A DNA stretch of 64,000 nucleotides from an uncultured Clostridium sp. (lineage in GTDB: Bacteria > Bacillota > Clostridia > TANB77 > CAG-508): the NCBI GenBank assembly GCA_948467875.1, contig CAOKFZ010000005.1, forward strand, positions 1,930 to 65,929, read 5' to 3'. The notes beneath the pieces are model-generated. The model made no database searches. It had not been told where the DNA came from and saw only the letters and a list, made by a program, of their open reading frames with translations. Made by a program: the position numbers and the translations under genes. The number at the start of each line of letters is the position of its first letter. Position 1 is the stretch's first letter. Of the stretch, positions 9,835 to 20,096 are shown piece after piece.

Positions 9835-10392
9835 ATGCTTAAATTGAAGGATAAAACAATTGCAGATTTTGAGGAAAATCATCAATTAAATATAGAAGAA
9901 ATTATCAAGATTTATCATGTTTATGTTCATACCGTTTTGAGAAATTGTCTGGCTAATCCAGAGGACATAGAAGAAGTGATGGCAGATGTGTTTATGATTT
10001 TATGGAAAAATTATGAGCACTTGGATAAAACGGTACCAGTAAAGCCATATTTAGTGGGGATTACGAAAAATTTAGTACGCAAAAAATATCGTGTTAATAT
10101 GGAGAATTACGAAAATCTTGAGGGTTTTGAAGACAAAGTAAGCGATTATGTCAATGTGGAAGATTTGATTGTGGAAAATGAAAAAAGCAAAATTGTACAA
10201 CAAGTGATGGATAACATGAAACCGCAGGAACGACAAATATTTGTGATGTTTTATTACCAAGCCAAAAAGGTAAAAGAAATTTCAAAAGACTTGGAAATTT
10301 CAGAAGTAAAGGTAAAAGTAACCTTGCATCGCCTGCGAAAAGTGGCGAAAAAGAAATTGAAAGAAAGAGGGTATGACTATGGAAAATCATGA
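9835..10392 (+). CDS. ECF sigma-70 factor
   Basis: Region 2 DIEEVMADVFMILW; region 4 KEIS...VKVTLHRLR. Confidence 0.85.
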   Translation: MLKLKDKTIADFEENHQLNIEEIIKIYHVYVHTVLRNCLANPEDIEEVMADVFMILWKNYEHLDKTVPVKPYLVGITKNLVRKKYRVNMENYENLEGFEDKVSDYVNVEDLIVENEKSKIVQQVMDNMKPQERQIFVMFYYQAKKVKEISKDLEISEVKVKVTLHRLRKVAKKKLKERGYDYGKS

Positions 10393-10816
10393 ATGGAATA
10401 ACAAAATATTGAAAAATGTGAGAAACAAGATAGTTGTATCTAATTTAGAAAGAGAGGAAAATATGAAAATTAATCAAAGAAAGCAAGTTGTTTCGGTGTT
10501 GACGGCAACGCTGATTGTATTGTCAGGAGGTTTTTTGACGGTTAATGCAGCAACTGATGGCAAGTTGGTGGAGGATATCAAGCAAAAATATGAGGAAATG
10601 ATTGTCGTTAAATTAGATAACGATAATTATCAAATAACCAAAGAAACCGATCATGAGGGAAATGAAATGGTGGTTTATACCTTGCAACCAAAAGGAGAAG
10701 AAGAATTTCGCTATGAAATCAACAAGGAGACTTTGGACGAATATCAGATACAAACCGTAATCGAAGAGGGCGAAGAAGGCCCAGAAATTAAGCTTTATGA
10801 TTATGGGGAAAAATAA
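10379..10816 (+). CDS. Putative anti-sigma factor (single TM)
   Basis: Overlaps the ECF gene end; one TM helix then an acidic domain. Confidence 0.6.
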   Translation: MENHEWNNKILKNVRNKIVVSNLEREENMKINQRKQVVSVLTATLIVLSGGFLTVNAATDGKLVEDIKQKYEEMIVVKLDNDNYQITKETDHEGNEMVVYTLQPKGEEEFRYEINKETLDEYQIQTVIEEGEEGPEIKLYDYGEK

Positions 10817-10895
10817 AGAAAAAATTTCCGCTTTTTATTTACATTCAAAAATGGATATGTTATAATTATTTGTAAATGAAAAACGAGGTGGAAAA

Positions 10896-11903
10896 ATGAA
10901 CCAAATTTTAGATTATAATCCAAATAGCAAATCTAGTAAAAAAGGCGGAGGCTCTGATAAAGTAGTTAGAGTCTTTGCCATTATGTTGATTTTATTTGCC
11001 ATTGCACTGATTTCAATTGTGGTATATGGAAGAGTTTCCAATCAAAAAGAAGTCGATAATTTGGTGCAGGAAGCCACGAAGGCGAAAATAGAAGTTGCAG
11101 TGGAAGGAGAAACAGCGACTATCACGGTAACTCACGACAAAAATATTGAACGTTTGATTTATAGTTGGAACACAAGTGCGGAAAAGAAAATAAAAGGCGA
11201 GAGCAAATTGATGGAACAAACGATTGATGTTCCAGCTGGTAATAATACACTTCATATTAAAGTAGTGGACGAGGCTGGAAATGAAACAACGTATGAAGAA
11301 GAAATTTCAGCAGAACAAGGAACAGATATTATGAGTCCTAAAATTGAGTTGTCAGCAGCGGAAGGAAATAAATGGAAAATTACAGCAACTGATGAAACTG
11401 GAATGGATTTCATTACGTATCGTTGGAACGAAGAAGAGGAAGAAAAAGTTTATGCAGAAGAAGGCAGCAAAGAAATTAGTGTGGATGTTGAAATTCCGCT
11501 TGGCAAAAATGATTTGACCATTGTAGCAGTGGACAGCAGCAACAATGTTTCCAATGAGCAAAAAAGTTTTACAGGCGTTGTAAAGCCAACGATTTCTGTT
11601 ACGTTATCAGAAGACGGAAAAAGCGTAAAAGTTACGATTGACCACGAAGGTGGAATTGAAAAAGTAGGTTTCAATTTTAATGATAAGGATTATAATATTG
11701 AGCTTCCAGAAGAAAATCCAAAACATGTGGAATTTCCAATGAATTTGGAAGTTGGTTATAATCACATTATTGTAACGGCGACAAGCATTGATAGAACAGA
11801 AAATAAATTTGATTGTGAATATAATTATGGAACAACTTCAAATGGTTCTGAGACGGATACTGAAACAGATAATAATACAAATGAAGCTGCAGAGCAAGAA
11901 TAA
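10896..11903 (+). CDS. Membrane-anchored protein with repeated Ig-like beta domains
   Basis: N-terminal TM; three repeats ending G-N-L-I-V-D. Confidence 0.65.
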   Translation: MNQILDYNPNSKSSKKGGGSDKVVRVFAIMLILFAIALISIVVYGRVSNQKEVDNLVQEATKAKIEVAVEGETATITVTHDKNIERLIYSWNTSAEKKIKGESKLMEQTIDVPAGNNTLHIKVVDEAGNETTYEEEISAEQGTDIMSPKIELSAAEGNKWKITATDETGMDFITYRWNEEEEEKVYAEEGSKEISVDVEIPLGKNDLTIVAVDSSNNVSNEQKSFTGVVKPTISVTLSEDGKSVKVTIDHEGGIEKVGFNFNDKDYNIELPEENPKHVEFPMNLEVGYNHIIVTATSIDRTENKFDCEYNYGTTSNGSETDTETDNNTNEAAEQE

Positions 11904-11927
11904 CAAGGCTTGAGTAGGAGTGAACAA

Positions 11928-12857
11928 ATGATACAAGATATTTATGTGATAGACGATAAAAATGAGTTGGTGGAAACGTTGCGCCATTTATTTGTAGGAA
12001 TGGATCAGTTTCGATTTATTAATGTAAAAGCTGAAGAATTGGAACTTGCTTTGCGAAATATTCCATCACTCATTATAATTGATGAAGATAACACCAATGT
12101 GGATGTGATTGATATTTGTCATACCATTCGAGATAATGACGATAATAGCATCACGCCAGTCATGGTGGTAAGTTCTAATATTGCGAAAGAGCACAGAATT
12201 GAAATTTTAGAAACAGCGGTGCAATATTTCATCAAAAAACCAATTGATGAACAATATTTATTTTATACGGTAAAAAATATTGTTGATTTGTTATATATGA
12301 ACCGTAAAGTAAGTCCGCTAACAGGGCTTCCAGGCAATGTGCAAATTCAGGCAGAAATGAAAAAAAGGTTGCTGAACCGAGAAATTTTTGCGATTTTGTA
12401 TATCGACATTGACAATTTCAAAGCCTATAATGATGTATATGGTTTCTCTAATGGAGACGAAATTATTAAATTTACGGCAAAAGTGATTGCTAAATATATT
12501 CATAATGTGGAAAACAGTGATAATTTTATTGGGCATATTGGTGGAGACGATTTTGTTGCGATTGTTAGTAAAACGGATTACGATAAAATTTGTCAAGAAA
12601 TTATTATTGAATTCGATAATCAAGTGGAGCGTTTTTACACAGATAAAGACTTGGATCAAGGTTATTTGGAAGTGGAAAATCGAAGAGGTGTTTTGGAACA
12701 ATTTCCGATGACGACGATTTCAATTGCAGTGGTTGAAGTTGATTCAAACATTTTTAAGTCACCGTTAGAAATTGGGGAAGTGGGCGCGCAAGTAAAACAC
12801 AGAGCGAAATCCATTATGGGAAGTGCCTATGTGATTAACAGAAGAAAACAAATTTAA
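11928..12857 (+). CDS. Receiver-like + GGDEF (GGDDF) diguanylate cyclase-family protein
   Basis: PLTGLPGN, DIDNFKAYNDVYG, GHIGGDDF. Confidence 0.85.
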   Translation: MIQDIYVIDDKNELVETLRHLFVGMDQFRFINVKAEELELALRNIPSLIIIDEDNTNVDVIDICHTIRDNDDNSITPVMVVSSNIAKEHRIEILETAVQYFIKKPIDEQYLFYTVKNIVDLLYMNRKVSPLTGLPGNVQIQAEMKKRLLNREIFAILYIDIDNFKAYNDVYGFSNGDEIIKFTAKVIAKYIHNVENSDNFIGHIGGDDFVAIVSKTDYDKICQEIIIEFDNQVERFYTDKDLDQGYLEVENRRGVLEQFPMTTISIAVVEVDSNIFKSPLEIGEVGAQVKHRAKSIMGSAYVINRRKQI

Positions 12858-13001
12858 AAAAGTAAGGATATGAAAATTAACAAGAGATTTTAGCAGAAAA
12901 ATCGAAATAAACTATTTTGAAAGTTGATTTTTGATATTGCGAAAAATAATGATTTTTTATACAATACAAATAATAGAAAAGCCTTAAAAGGAGTGTTTCA
13001 A

Positions 13002-14012
13002 ATAAAAAGTATAGTAAAAAACACAGTAGTTCACTTGCGAACAGGTTTTAAATTTGCTTTGTTACTGGTTATAGGTGCTGCCATTATTTCATTTTTGATT
13101 TTTGTTGTGTACAAGCCTATGTACAGTGTAACATTAAATGGAAAATTTTTGGGATATACATCAGATAAAAGTGAGTTACAAGGGAAAATAAGTGAATATG
13201 TAAAAAGTGGTGATAATCAGACGGTTGCTTTTGTGGAAATAGAAGAATTGCCAGATTACAAAATGTGTTTACTAAAAAAGGGACTGACTGCTAATGATGA
13301 AGAAATTTTAGCGAATGTGATTAGCACAGGAACGCCGTATTACAAATATTATGCGGTCACGGAAAATGGAGTAGAGAAATGCTATGTTTCTAATTATACA
13401 GAAGCTGACAGTATTATTCATGAACTAAAGCAAAAAAACAGTGATAATAAAGATATCGTTTCTTACAAAGTAAAATATGATACGGTTTTGTCAGATTTTA
13501 CAGACACGCAAACAGCAATTGCGTCTTTATACAGAGACCCACCAGTTAATGCAAAAGTTCCTGCTACTACAACTACTGGTAAAAATACAGTGGTTTACAA
13601 AAATTCGAGTTTAGGTTTAGCAGCAATTCAGCAACCGATTTCAGGAAGAATTACATCTAGATTTGGAGCCAATAGTAGAATTCGTGTTTCTTCACACACT
13701 GGTTTAGATATTGCGGCTTCTACTGGAACACCAGTGATTCCAATTGCTGCGGGAAAAGTTACTTTTTCAGGACGAAAGGGTTCTTATGGAAATTTAGTGA
13801 TTGTTAATCACGGAAAAAATGCTTCTGGTCAAGAAATTGAATCTTGGTATGCGCATAATGTTAGATTAAATGTAAGTGCTGGGCAACAAGTGGACGAAAA
13901 TACCGTTATTTCGAATGTTGGCTCAACAGGAAATTCAACAGGTCCACATTTGCATTTGGAGATACGCATCAATGGTTGGCCAGTTAATCCGCAAAATTAT
14001 TTGTATAATTAA
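13002..14012 (+). CDS. M23 family metallopeptidase, membrane anchored; start uncertain (ATA 13002 vs TTG 12924)
   Basis: HTGLD and GPHLHLE motifs; N-terminal TM. Confidence 0.85.
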   Translation: MKSIVKNTVVHLRTGFKFALLLVIGAAIISFLIFVVYKPMYSVTLNGKFLGYTSDKSELQGKISEYVKSGDNQTVAFVEIEELPDYKMCLLKKGLTANDEEILANVISTGTPYYKYYAVTENGVEKCYVSNYTEADSIIHELKQKNSDNKDIVSYKVKYDTVLSDFTDTQTAIASLYRDPPVNAKVPATTTTGKNTVVYKNSSLGLAAIQQPISGRITSRFGANSRIRVSSHTGLDIAASTGTPVIPIAAGKVTFSGRKGSYGNLVIVNHGKNASGQEIESWYAHNVRLNVSAGQQVDENTVISNVGSTGNSTGPHLHLEIRINGWPVNPQNYLYN

Positions 14013-14101
14013 AAAATGGAAAGGTCTTTTTAGGGTCTTTCTTTTTTTTATTATTTGTGATATAACATATGAGAAATAATTGATGGGATAGGAATTTTTT
14101 G

Positions 14102-16859
14102 ATGAAAATAAAAAGAATATGTGATTATTTGTTGTATGCTTTAAAAAAGAAAAAAGTTTTAACAATTGTAACAATGAATCAAAAAAAGATGAAAGTGAAA
14201 ATTATTGGAATTGAAGATGGAAAAGCAAAATACCAATTCCTAAATAGTGCACTAGAGGGAGAAATAAAATTTGAGAATATTGTTAGTGTGAATTTGGTGG
14301 ATAAACAGGAAGAGAAATTATTTTTGTATGAGCAGTTAAATAAAAAATATAATACAAGTAATTTGAAAGAAATCATTGAAAATTTTGAAAATTATTATTT
14401 GGAAATGATAGAAGTGCTTCTTGCAAGAGAGCCAAACAATTCATCAGGATATTATAATTTAACAAATAAGCAGAAAAAATATCCACAGATTTTTGAAAAA
14501 TTGCTAAAGGATGAAGACAATTTATTGTTTCAATATTTTACTAAAAAACAAGTGGATATGAATAGAAATGGAGTGCATAGAAAAAAAGAAATGTTGTTGA
14601 TTGAGCAGGCAAATTTATCACAAAAACAAGCAATTCATCAAGCGATGGATGAGAGAATTTCCATTATTGAAGGACCGCCAGGCACAGGAAAAACAACAAC
14701 GATTTTGAATATTTTAGCCAATTTAATTTATCAAAATAAGAGAGTGTTAGTGGTTTCTAAAAATAATTCTGCTATTGAAAATATTGTAGAAGAATTAAGG
14801 AAAATGGATATTCCGAAAGCGTATATTAGAATGCGGAAATTCGGATATTATGCAAAAGGAAGTGGAACCGAATTTAGAAGAAAATGTAAAAAAATTTCAA
14901 GAGCAATTAGCACAAATTAATGTAAAAGAAAGAGAACAAGAAATTTTAAATTTGTTGCAAATAATTGAGGAAATTAATCAAAAAGAAGAAGTTTTAAATC
15001 AGTTAATTGATATCAGAAATGAGCTACAAGAATTGGAAAATCAATTGAGACATATTTTGAAAAGAAATCGAGGATATCAATTGTTAGAATATGAGGTAAA
15101 ATTGAATAACAAATATCGTAGAATTAATGCGACACAATTGCAAAAAAAGATTAAAAAATTAGCTGAATTTTTAGTATTATTAGATGCAAAAGAGAAAATT
15201 AGTTTTTGGAAAAAAATGATACTTTTTTTGAGTTTTGGAAAGACGATGAAATCACTTGAAAATGAAGGTGTAAGTTTGCATTTAATATTGGAAAAATATT
15301 ATTTAGAAAGATTGATAGAAGAAAGAAAAAAGAAATTTGAAAATGAGAATTTTGATGGATTAAAATCTTACATAAAAAATTTATATAGGGAAAAATATAT
15401 TCCAATTTCAAAAGAAATTTTAAAACAAATTTTGAAGAAAAATGTAGATGAGAAATTAATTGAAAAAATATTAAAAGAAATAGAAATTGGAAAAACAGAA
15501 GAACCCACAGAGCAAAATCGTACGCCAATTTTGAAAAGAACAAAAAATGATTTATTGCAGTTGTATCCGATTATTTTGACAACAGTAGATTCTTTTATTT
15601 CTAACTATGGAAGTTATTTTGAAGAAGATAAAAAGATTGATTATGTGATTATTGATGAAGCATCACAATGCGATATTTTGTCTGGTTTACCGCTACTATA
15701 TTTGGCAGAAAATATTGTTATTGTTGGGGACCAAAAACAGTTAAGTGCCATTACGAATCTTAAGAAACAGGACTTAAAAAATTCAGTAGAAGAAATATAT
15801 GATTATACAAAAGAAAACTTTTTGTCGACCGTTTCAAAAGTGATTAATCCAGTCAGCCAAATGTTGTTGGAGCATTATCGTTGTGATTATAATATTATTA
15901 ATTATTGCAATAAATTTTTTTATAATAATCAATTAAAAATTTATAAAGATAGAACAAAAGAATCAATGATATTGATTGATAATGATAAAGGAAAATATGT
16001 AGAAAGTGATAGCAATGGATTTTGTAATCAAAGGGAAATCAAAACAATTGATGCGCAAATCGAACAAAATATAGAAGGAAAATTTATCATAACTCCGTTT
16101 AAAAAACAAGCCCAAATATTGAAAGAAAATTATGAGGAAAATCAATGTGGAACAATACATACTTTTCAAGGAAGAGGAGAAGACGAAGTATATTTTTCTT
16201 CTGTGTTAAATGATACAGAGGCTTGCAAAAATCATTTGCTAGGACCGAATAATCTTTTTAAGCAAGAATTAATCAATGTAGCTGTATCAAGAGCAAAGGA
16301 AAAATTTGTGCTGGTAACAGACACAAAATTTTTCAAAAAATATAATGAAGACATGAAAAATTTAATTGAATATTTGGAAATTTATGGCGAAAAAATTCCA
16401 GATAAAACGGTTTGCATTTTTGATTATTTATACGAAAAAATTCCGAGTTATCAAACAATAATACCGAATATTGAAAATCCATATGAAGAAAAAATTTATC
16501 ATTTATTGCTTAAGTATTTGCAAAGGAAAAATGGTCAGTATAAATTAAAAGTAAAATTATTATTAGCCATGTTTGTAACAGATGAAAAATATTTAAACCA
16601 AAACGAAAAAATCAAACAATTTATTTTGCATGATTCTCATTTGGATTTTGCACTTTACACAGACAGCATTAATAAGCCTGTTTTAGCGATAGAAGTGGAT
16701 GGAAAACATCACGAAGAAGAAAAGCAAAAACAAAGAGACAAAATGAAAGAAGAAATTCTAGAATATATGAATATTCCTTTGCTCAGAATTTCGTCTAAAA
16801 CGACGTTAGAAGAAGTGGAGTTAGAGCAAGAAATAGAAAAGAAATTAAATTTGTCATAA
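14102..16859 (+). CDS. SF1 (UPF1/DNA2-like) helicase with C-terminal DUF2726/Vsr-like nuclease domain; +1 shift at CGG 14834
   Basis: EGPPGTGKT upstream of the shift; IIDEASQ, VGDQKQL, EHYRC, TIHTFQG, NVAVSRAK downstream; C-terminal DF..AIEVDGKHH..RD..K. Confidence 0.8.
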
Positions 16860-16998
16860 TCAAAAATATTTTTCATATGATATAGAAACACAGCTTGGAA
16901 CTTAACTAAAATAAAATTTGAGATGATAGGAAAAATGGATTGACAAAATAATGATTTAATAATATAATAAACCTGTCACTTGAAGGAGGGACAAATTT

Positions 16999-17949
16999 AT
17001 GAAAACATATGACAAATTATCCATTAAGATAATTCGTAAAATTGCTTTCGTGAGTATTATATTACTGGGCATGCTTACGATTGGGGTGTTGGCCGCCAAA
17101 TCGGAAGTGGAAACAATTAAAATTGTTTTTGCGGATGATTGTGAAACAACGGTTATGACATCACAAAAATGCGTGCTAGATATTTTGGCAGAAAATCATA
17201 TTATATTAGAATCAGACGAGGAAGTATATCCCGATTTGGAAGCTGATATTGATTTTACAAAAACAATTACCATCAGCAAAAAGACTGCTGAGAAAAAAGT
17301 AATAGCAGAAGAAATTGCAGATGTTACAACAGAGGAAATTTTAGGACATTATGTAACTGTTACAGAAAAAATTATAACTGAGCAAATTGAAATTCCGTTT
17401 GAAACGGTTACCAAAGACGTTTCTAATTCAAAAGGAGAGACGACCAATCGTGTTTTGCAAGAAGGTGAAAATGGCTTAAAAGAAGTCAAATGCAAAGTGA
17501 AACTGCAGGACGACGTAGAGCTTGAAAGAGTGATTATTTCTGAAACAGTAATAAAAGAACCAGTAGACAAAATTATTCAAATTGCTACAAAAGTGACCTC
17601 GAGGTCAAGTACCAGAGGTGCTAGCGCTGCTGCAAGTACAGAAGGAAAAACACCAACAGTGGTTACTTTAAACACAACAGCTTATTGTGCGGCATCTTGT
17701 GGCGGAAACACACGAACGTCAAGTGGTGCAACAGCGTCATCATGGTACACGGTTGCGGCAGGGAGCGCTTATCCGGCGGGAACTGTTATGTATATACCAT
17801 ACTTTGCGAATAAGCCAAATGGCGGTTGGTTCGTGGTGCAAGATACGGGTGGGGCGATTAATAATAATAGGCTAGACATCTGGATGGATTCGCTTGGAGA
17901 ATGTCTGTTGTTTGGTAGAAAAAATTTAGAATGTCATATTTATAAATAA
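16999..17949 (+). CDS. YabE-like G5 + 3D domain cell-wall protein
   Basis: N-terminal TM, G5 motif (EIPFET...EGENG), 3D motif (TAY...QDTGG...RLDIW); promoter TTGACA-N17-TATAAT at 16940. Confidence 0.8.
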   Translation: MKTYDKLSIKIIRKIAFVSIILLGMLTIGVLAAKSEVETIKIVFADDCETTVMTSQKCVLDILAENHIILESDEEVYPDLEADIDFTKTITISKKTAEKKVIAEEIADVTTEEILGHYVTVTEKIITEQIEIPFETVTKDVSNSKGETTNRVLQEGENGLKEVKCKVKLQDDVELERVIISETVIKEPVDKIIQIATKVTSRSSTRGASAAASTEGKTPTVVTLNTTAYCAASCGGNTRTSSGATASSWYTVAAGSAYPAGTVMYIPYFANKPNGGWFVVQDTGGAINNNRLDIWMDSLGECLLFGRKNLECHIYK

Positions 17950-18074
17950 GAAGAAAATTGAGATTGTAATCAGCAATCTCAATTTTTTTGCAAAAAATAC
18001 TTGACATTTTCAATACCTAGATATACAATGCATAAAAATACATAGTAATACTATGCATAAGAAGGGAGAAAAAT

Positions 18075-18413
18075 ATGAAAATTAACAAAGAATTGATGAA
18101 AGGAAGTACAACTTTGCTGGTTTTGAGGCTTTTGGAGACGGAGAATAGGTATGGCTATGAAATGATTAAGTGCTTGAAAGAGAGGTCAGAAAATGTGTTT
18201 GAACTCAAAGAAGGGACGCTGTATCCCATTTTGCATTCCTTGGAAGAAAATGGTTGGATTGCTTCTTATTGGGATGAATCGACTGCCAAAAAGAGGAAAT
18301 ATTACACCATTACAAAAGAAGGAAGAAAGCAGTTAAAAGCTAAAAAAGAGGAATGGGAAATTTTCAGTAAAGGAATTAACCAAGTGATAGGAGGTGCGTG
18401 TTGTGCAGATTAA
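18075..18413 (+). CDS. PadR family transcriptional regulator
   Basis: YGYE, EGTLYPILH, RKYYTIT; promoter TTGACA at 18001 and palindrome CATAGT-AAT-ACTATG at 18041-18055. Confidence 0.9.
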   Translation: MKINKELMKGSTTLLVLRLLETENRYGYEMIKCLKERSENVFELKEGTLYPILHSLEENGWIASYWDESTAKKRKYYTITKEGRKQLKAKKEEWEIFSKGINQVIGGACCAD

Positions 18414-19795
18414 GGAATTTTTAGAGCATATTTGTGAACAAATTAAATATCAGCCAATTCGAGCAGAGATTGCGCAAGAACTTGAAAATCATTTAAAAGA
18501 AAGCAAAGAACAGCTGATTTCAGAAGGTTTGACAGAAGAAAACGCAGAACAAAAAGCAATTAGCCAAATGGGAAATGCAGAGGAAATTGGCAAAAAATTG
18601 AACAAAATTCATTCTCCCAAATTGGATTGGAAATTATTGCTACTTACGTTAATTTTAATCATTTTTGGAAGTTTAGTAACTTTCACAAGAACGCATAATT
18701 GCATCAATTATGCAAATGAAAAAGGAGTGCTTCCCTATTATTCTTCGATGTCGCAATATACTTTTACATTAGCTGTGGGCGCAGTATTGAGCATCTGTGT
18801 TTACTTTTTTGATTATCGAAAAATCTTGAAAATGCCCAAAACTTTGTATGGGGTAGCCACATTTTTAATTCTATTTGCGATGTTGTTTGGCTATCAAGTC
18901 AATGGAAGCAAAATATATCTTTACATTTTAGGAAATACTTTTTTTATGCCATCAATTGCAGTACCACTGTATATTTTGGCATTTATTGGATTTTTGCAAA
19001 AAATAAATAGCAACAAAAATCTAGAAATTTCGTTTTTGCAAAAAAAATTCAAAATGAATTTAGATATTTTGAAAATCATTATTTTAGGTGGAATTTCTTT
19101 GCTTATTTTACAAATGGCACCAGCAACCGTTTTAATGCTTATTTTGGGAGCTATCTATCTAGTTCTTGCAAGTGTAAAATTGTGGAAAATAAAGAAAAGC
19201 AGAAAACGTAATCTTGCGATTTTATGGGGAATTCCAGTTGCTTTAGGTATTTTATTTTTAGTGACAATGATGCCAATGGCATCCGACCGATTGATTGGTT
19301 CATTTGCTCCAGAACAAGATCCCAAAGGAAGAGGCTGGATTGGTGTTAACCAAAAAATGATTTTGGACTCTGCTAATTTGTTTGGGGAAGCAGGCGATAT
19401 GAGCAATGCAATCAGTTTGTTTGATGAAGGGACTAATTTTGCTTTTATTTCAATTTTAGCGCATTATGGCTGGGTTGTGAGTGTTGTAATGGTAATTGCA
19501 ATTGTATTTTTTAGCATAAAATTAATGGTAAATGTCACAAAAATCAAAGATATGGCAGGAAAATTGACGATTATGGGAATTTCTGGATTATTTATTTTAC
19601 AAAGCATCTTTAACTTGCTCATGAACTTGAATTTGGGACTTAAAACTAATGTAAATATCCCATTTATTTCATATGGAAGACAGGATTTAATTTTGAATAT
19701 GATGTGCTTAGCACTGGTTTTATCCGTTTATCGCAGAAAGGATATTTTAGGAAAACGGCGAAAACCAAAGCAAATTTCATGTTTTAGAGCAATAA
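18403..19795 (+). CDS. FtsW/RodA (SEDS)-like membrane protein with N-terminal permease-prefix domain; ends at 19795 with a +1 shift at CGG 19756, otherwise 19896
   Basis: ELENHL..AEQKAISQMG prefix, multiple TMs, DPKGRGW, IPFISYG. Confidence 0.75.
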
Positions 19796-19808
19796 TTAAA
19801 AAAGAAGT

Positions 19809-19859
19809 GGCAGTAAAAAACTCAATATATTGCGAGCGAAAGTTAGAGTTTTTACTGCC
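19809..19859. repeat. Hairpin repeat related to 40329-40424
   Basis: GGCAGTAAAAAACTC...GAGTTTTTACTGCC; shares GTAAAAAA(A)CTCAATATATTGCG with the second copy. Confidence 0.6.
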
Positions 19860-20096
19860 GATTATTTTTTCTTTTTTCGTCGCTTACTATTATTGAAATG
19901 ACAGAGTTAACGGAAGAGGAAATAGAAAATTTGCAAAAAGAAATATAATTTGCATACACAACATGGCGTCGTTTATGTATAGAATTGTGAAAATTGTGTG
20001 AATTTTTTAAGTTAAGATAAATTTTTCAAATAACCTTGCATTTTCTAAAATATTTAGATATAATATCACTATAATATTGTAGAAAAGAGGAGAAAT

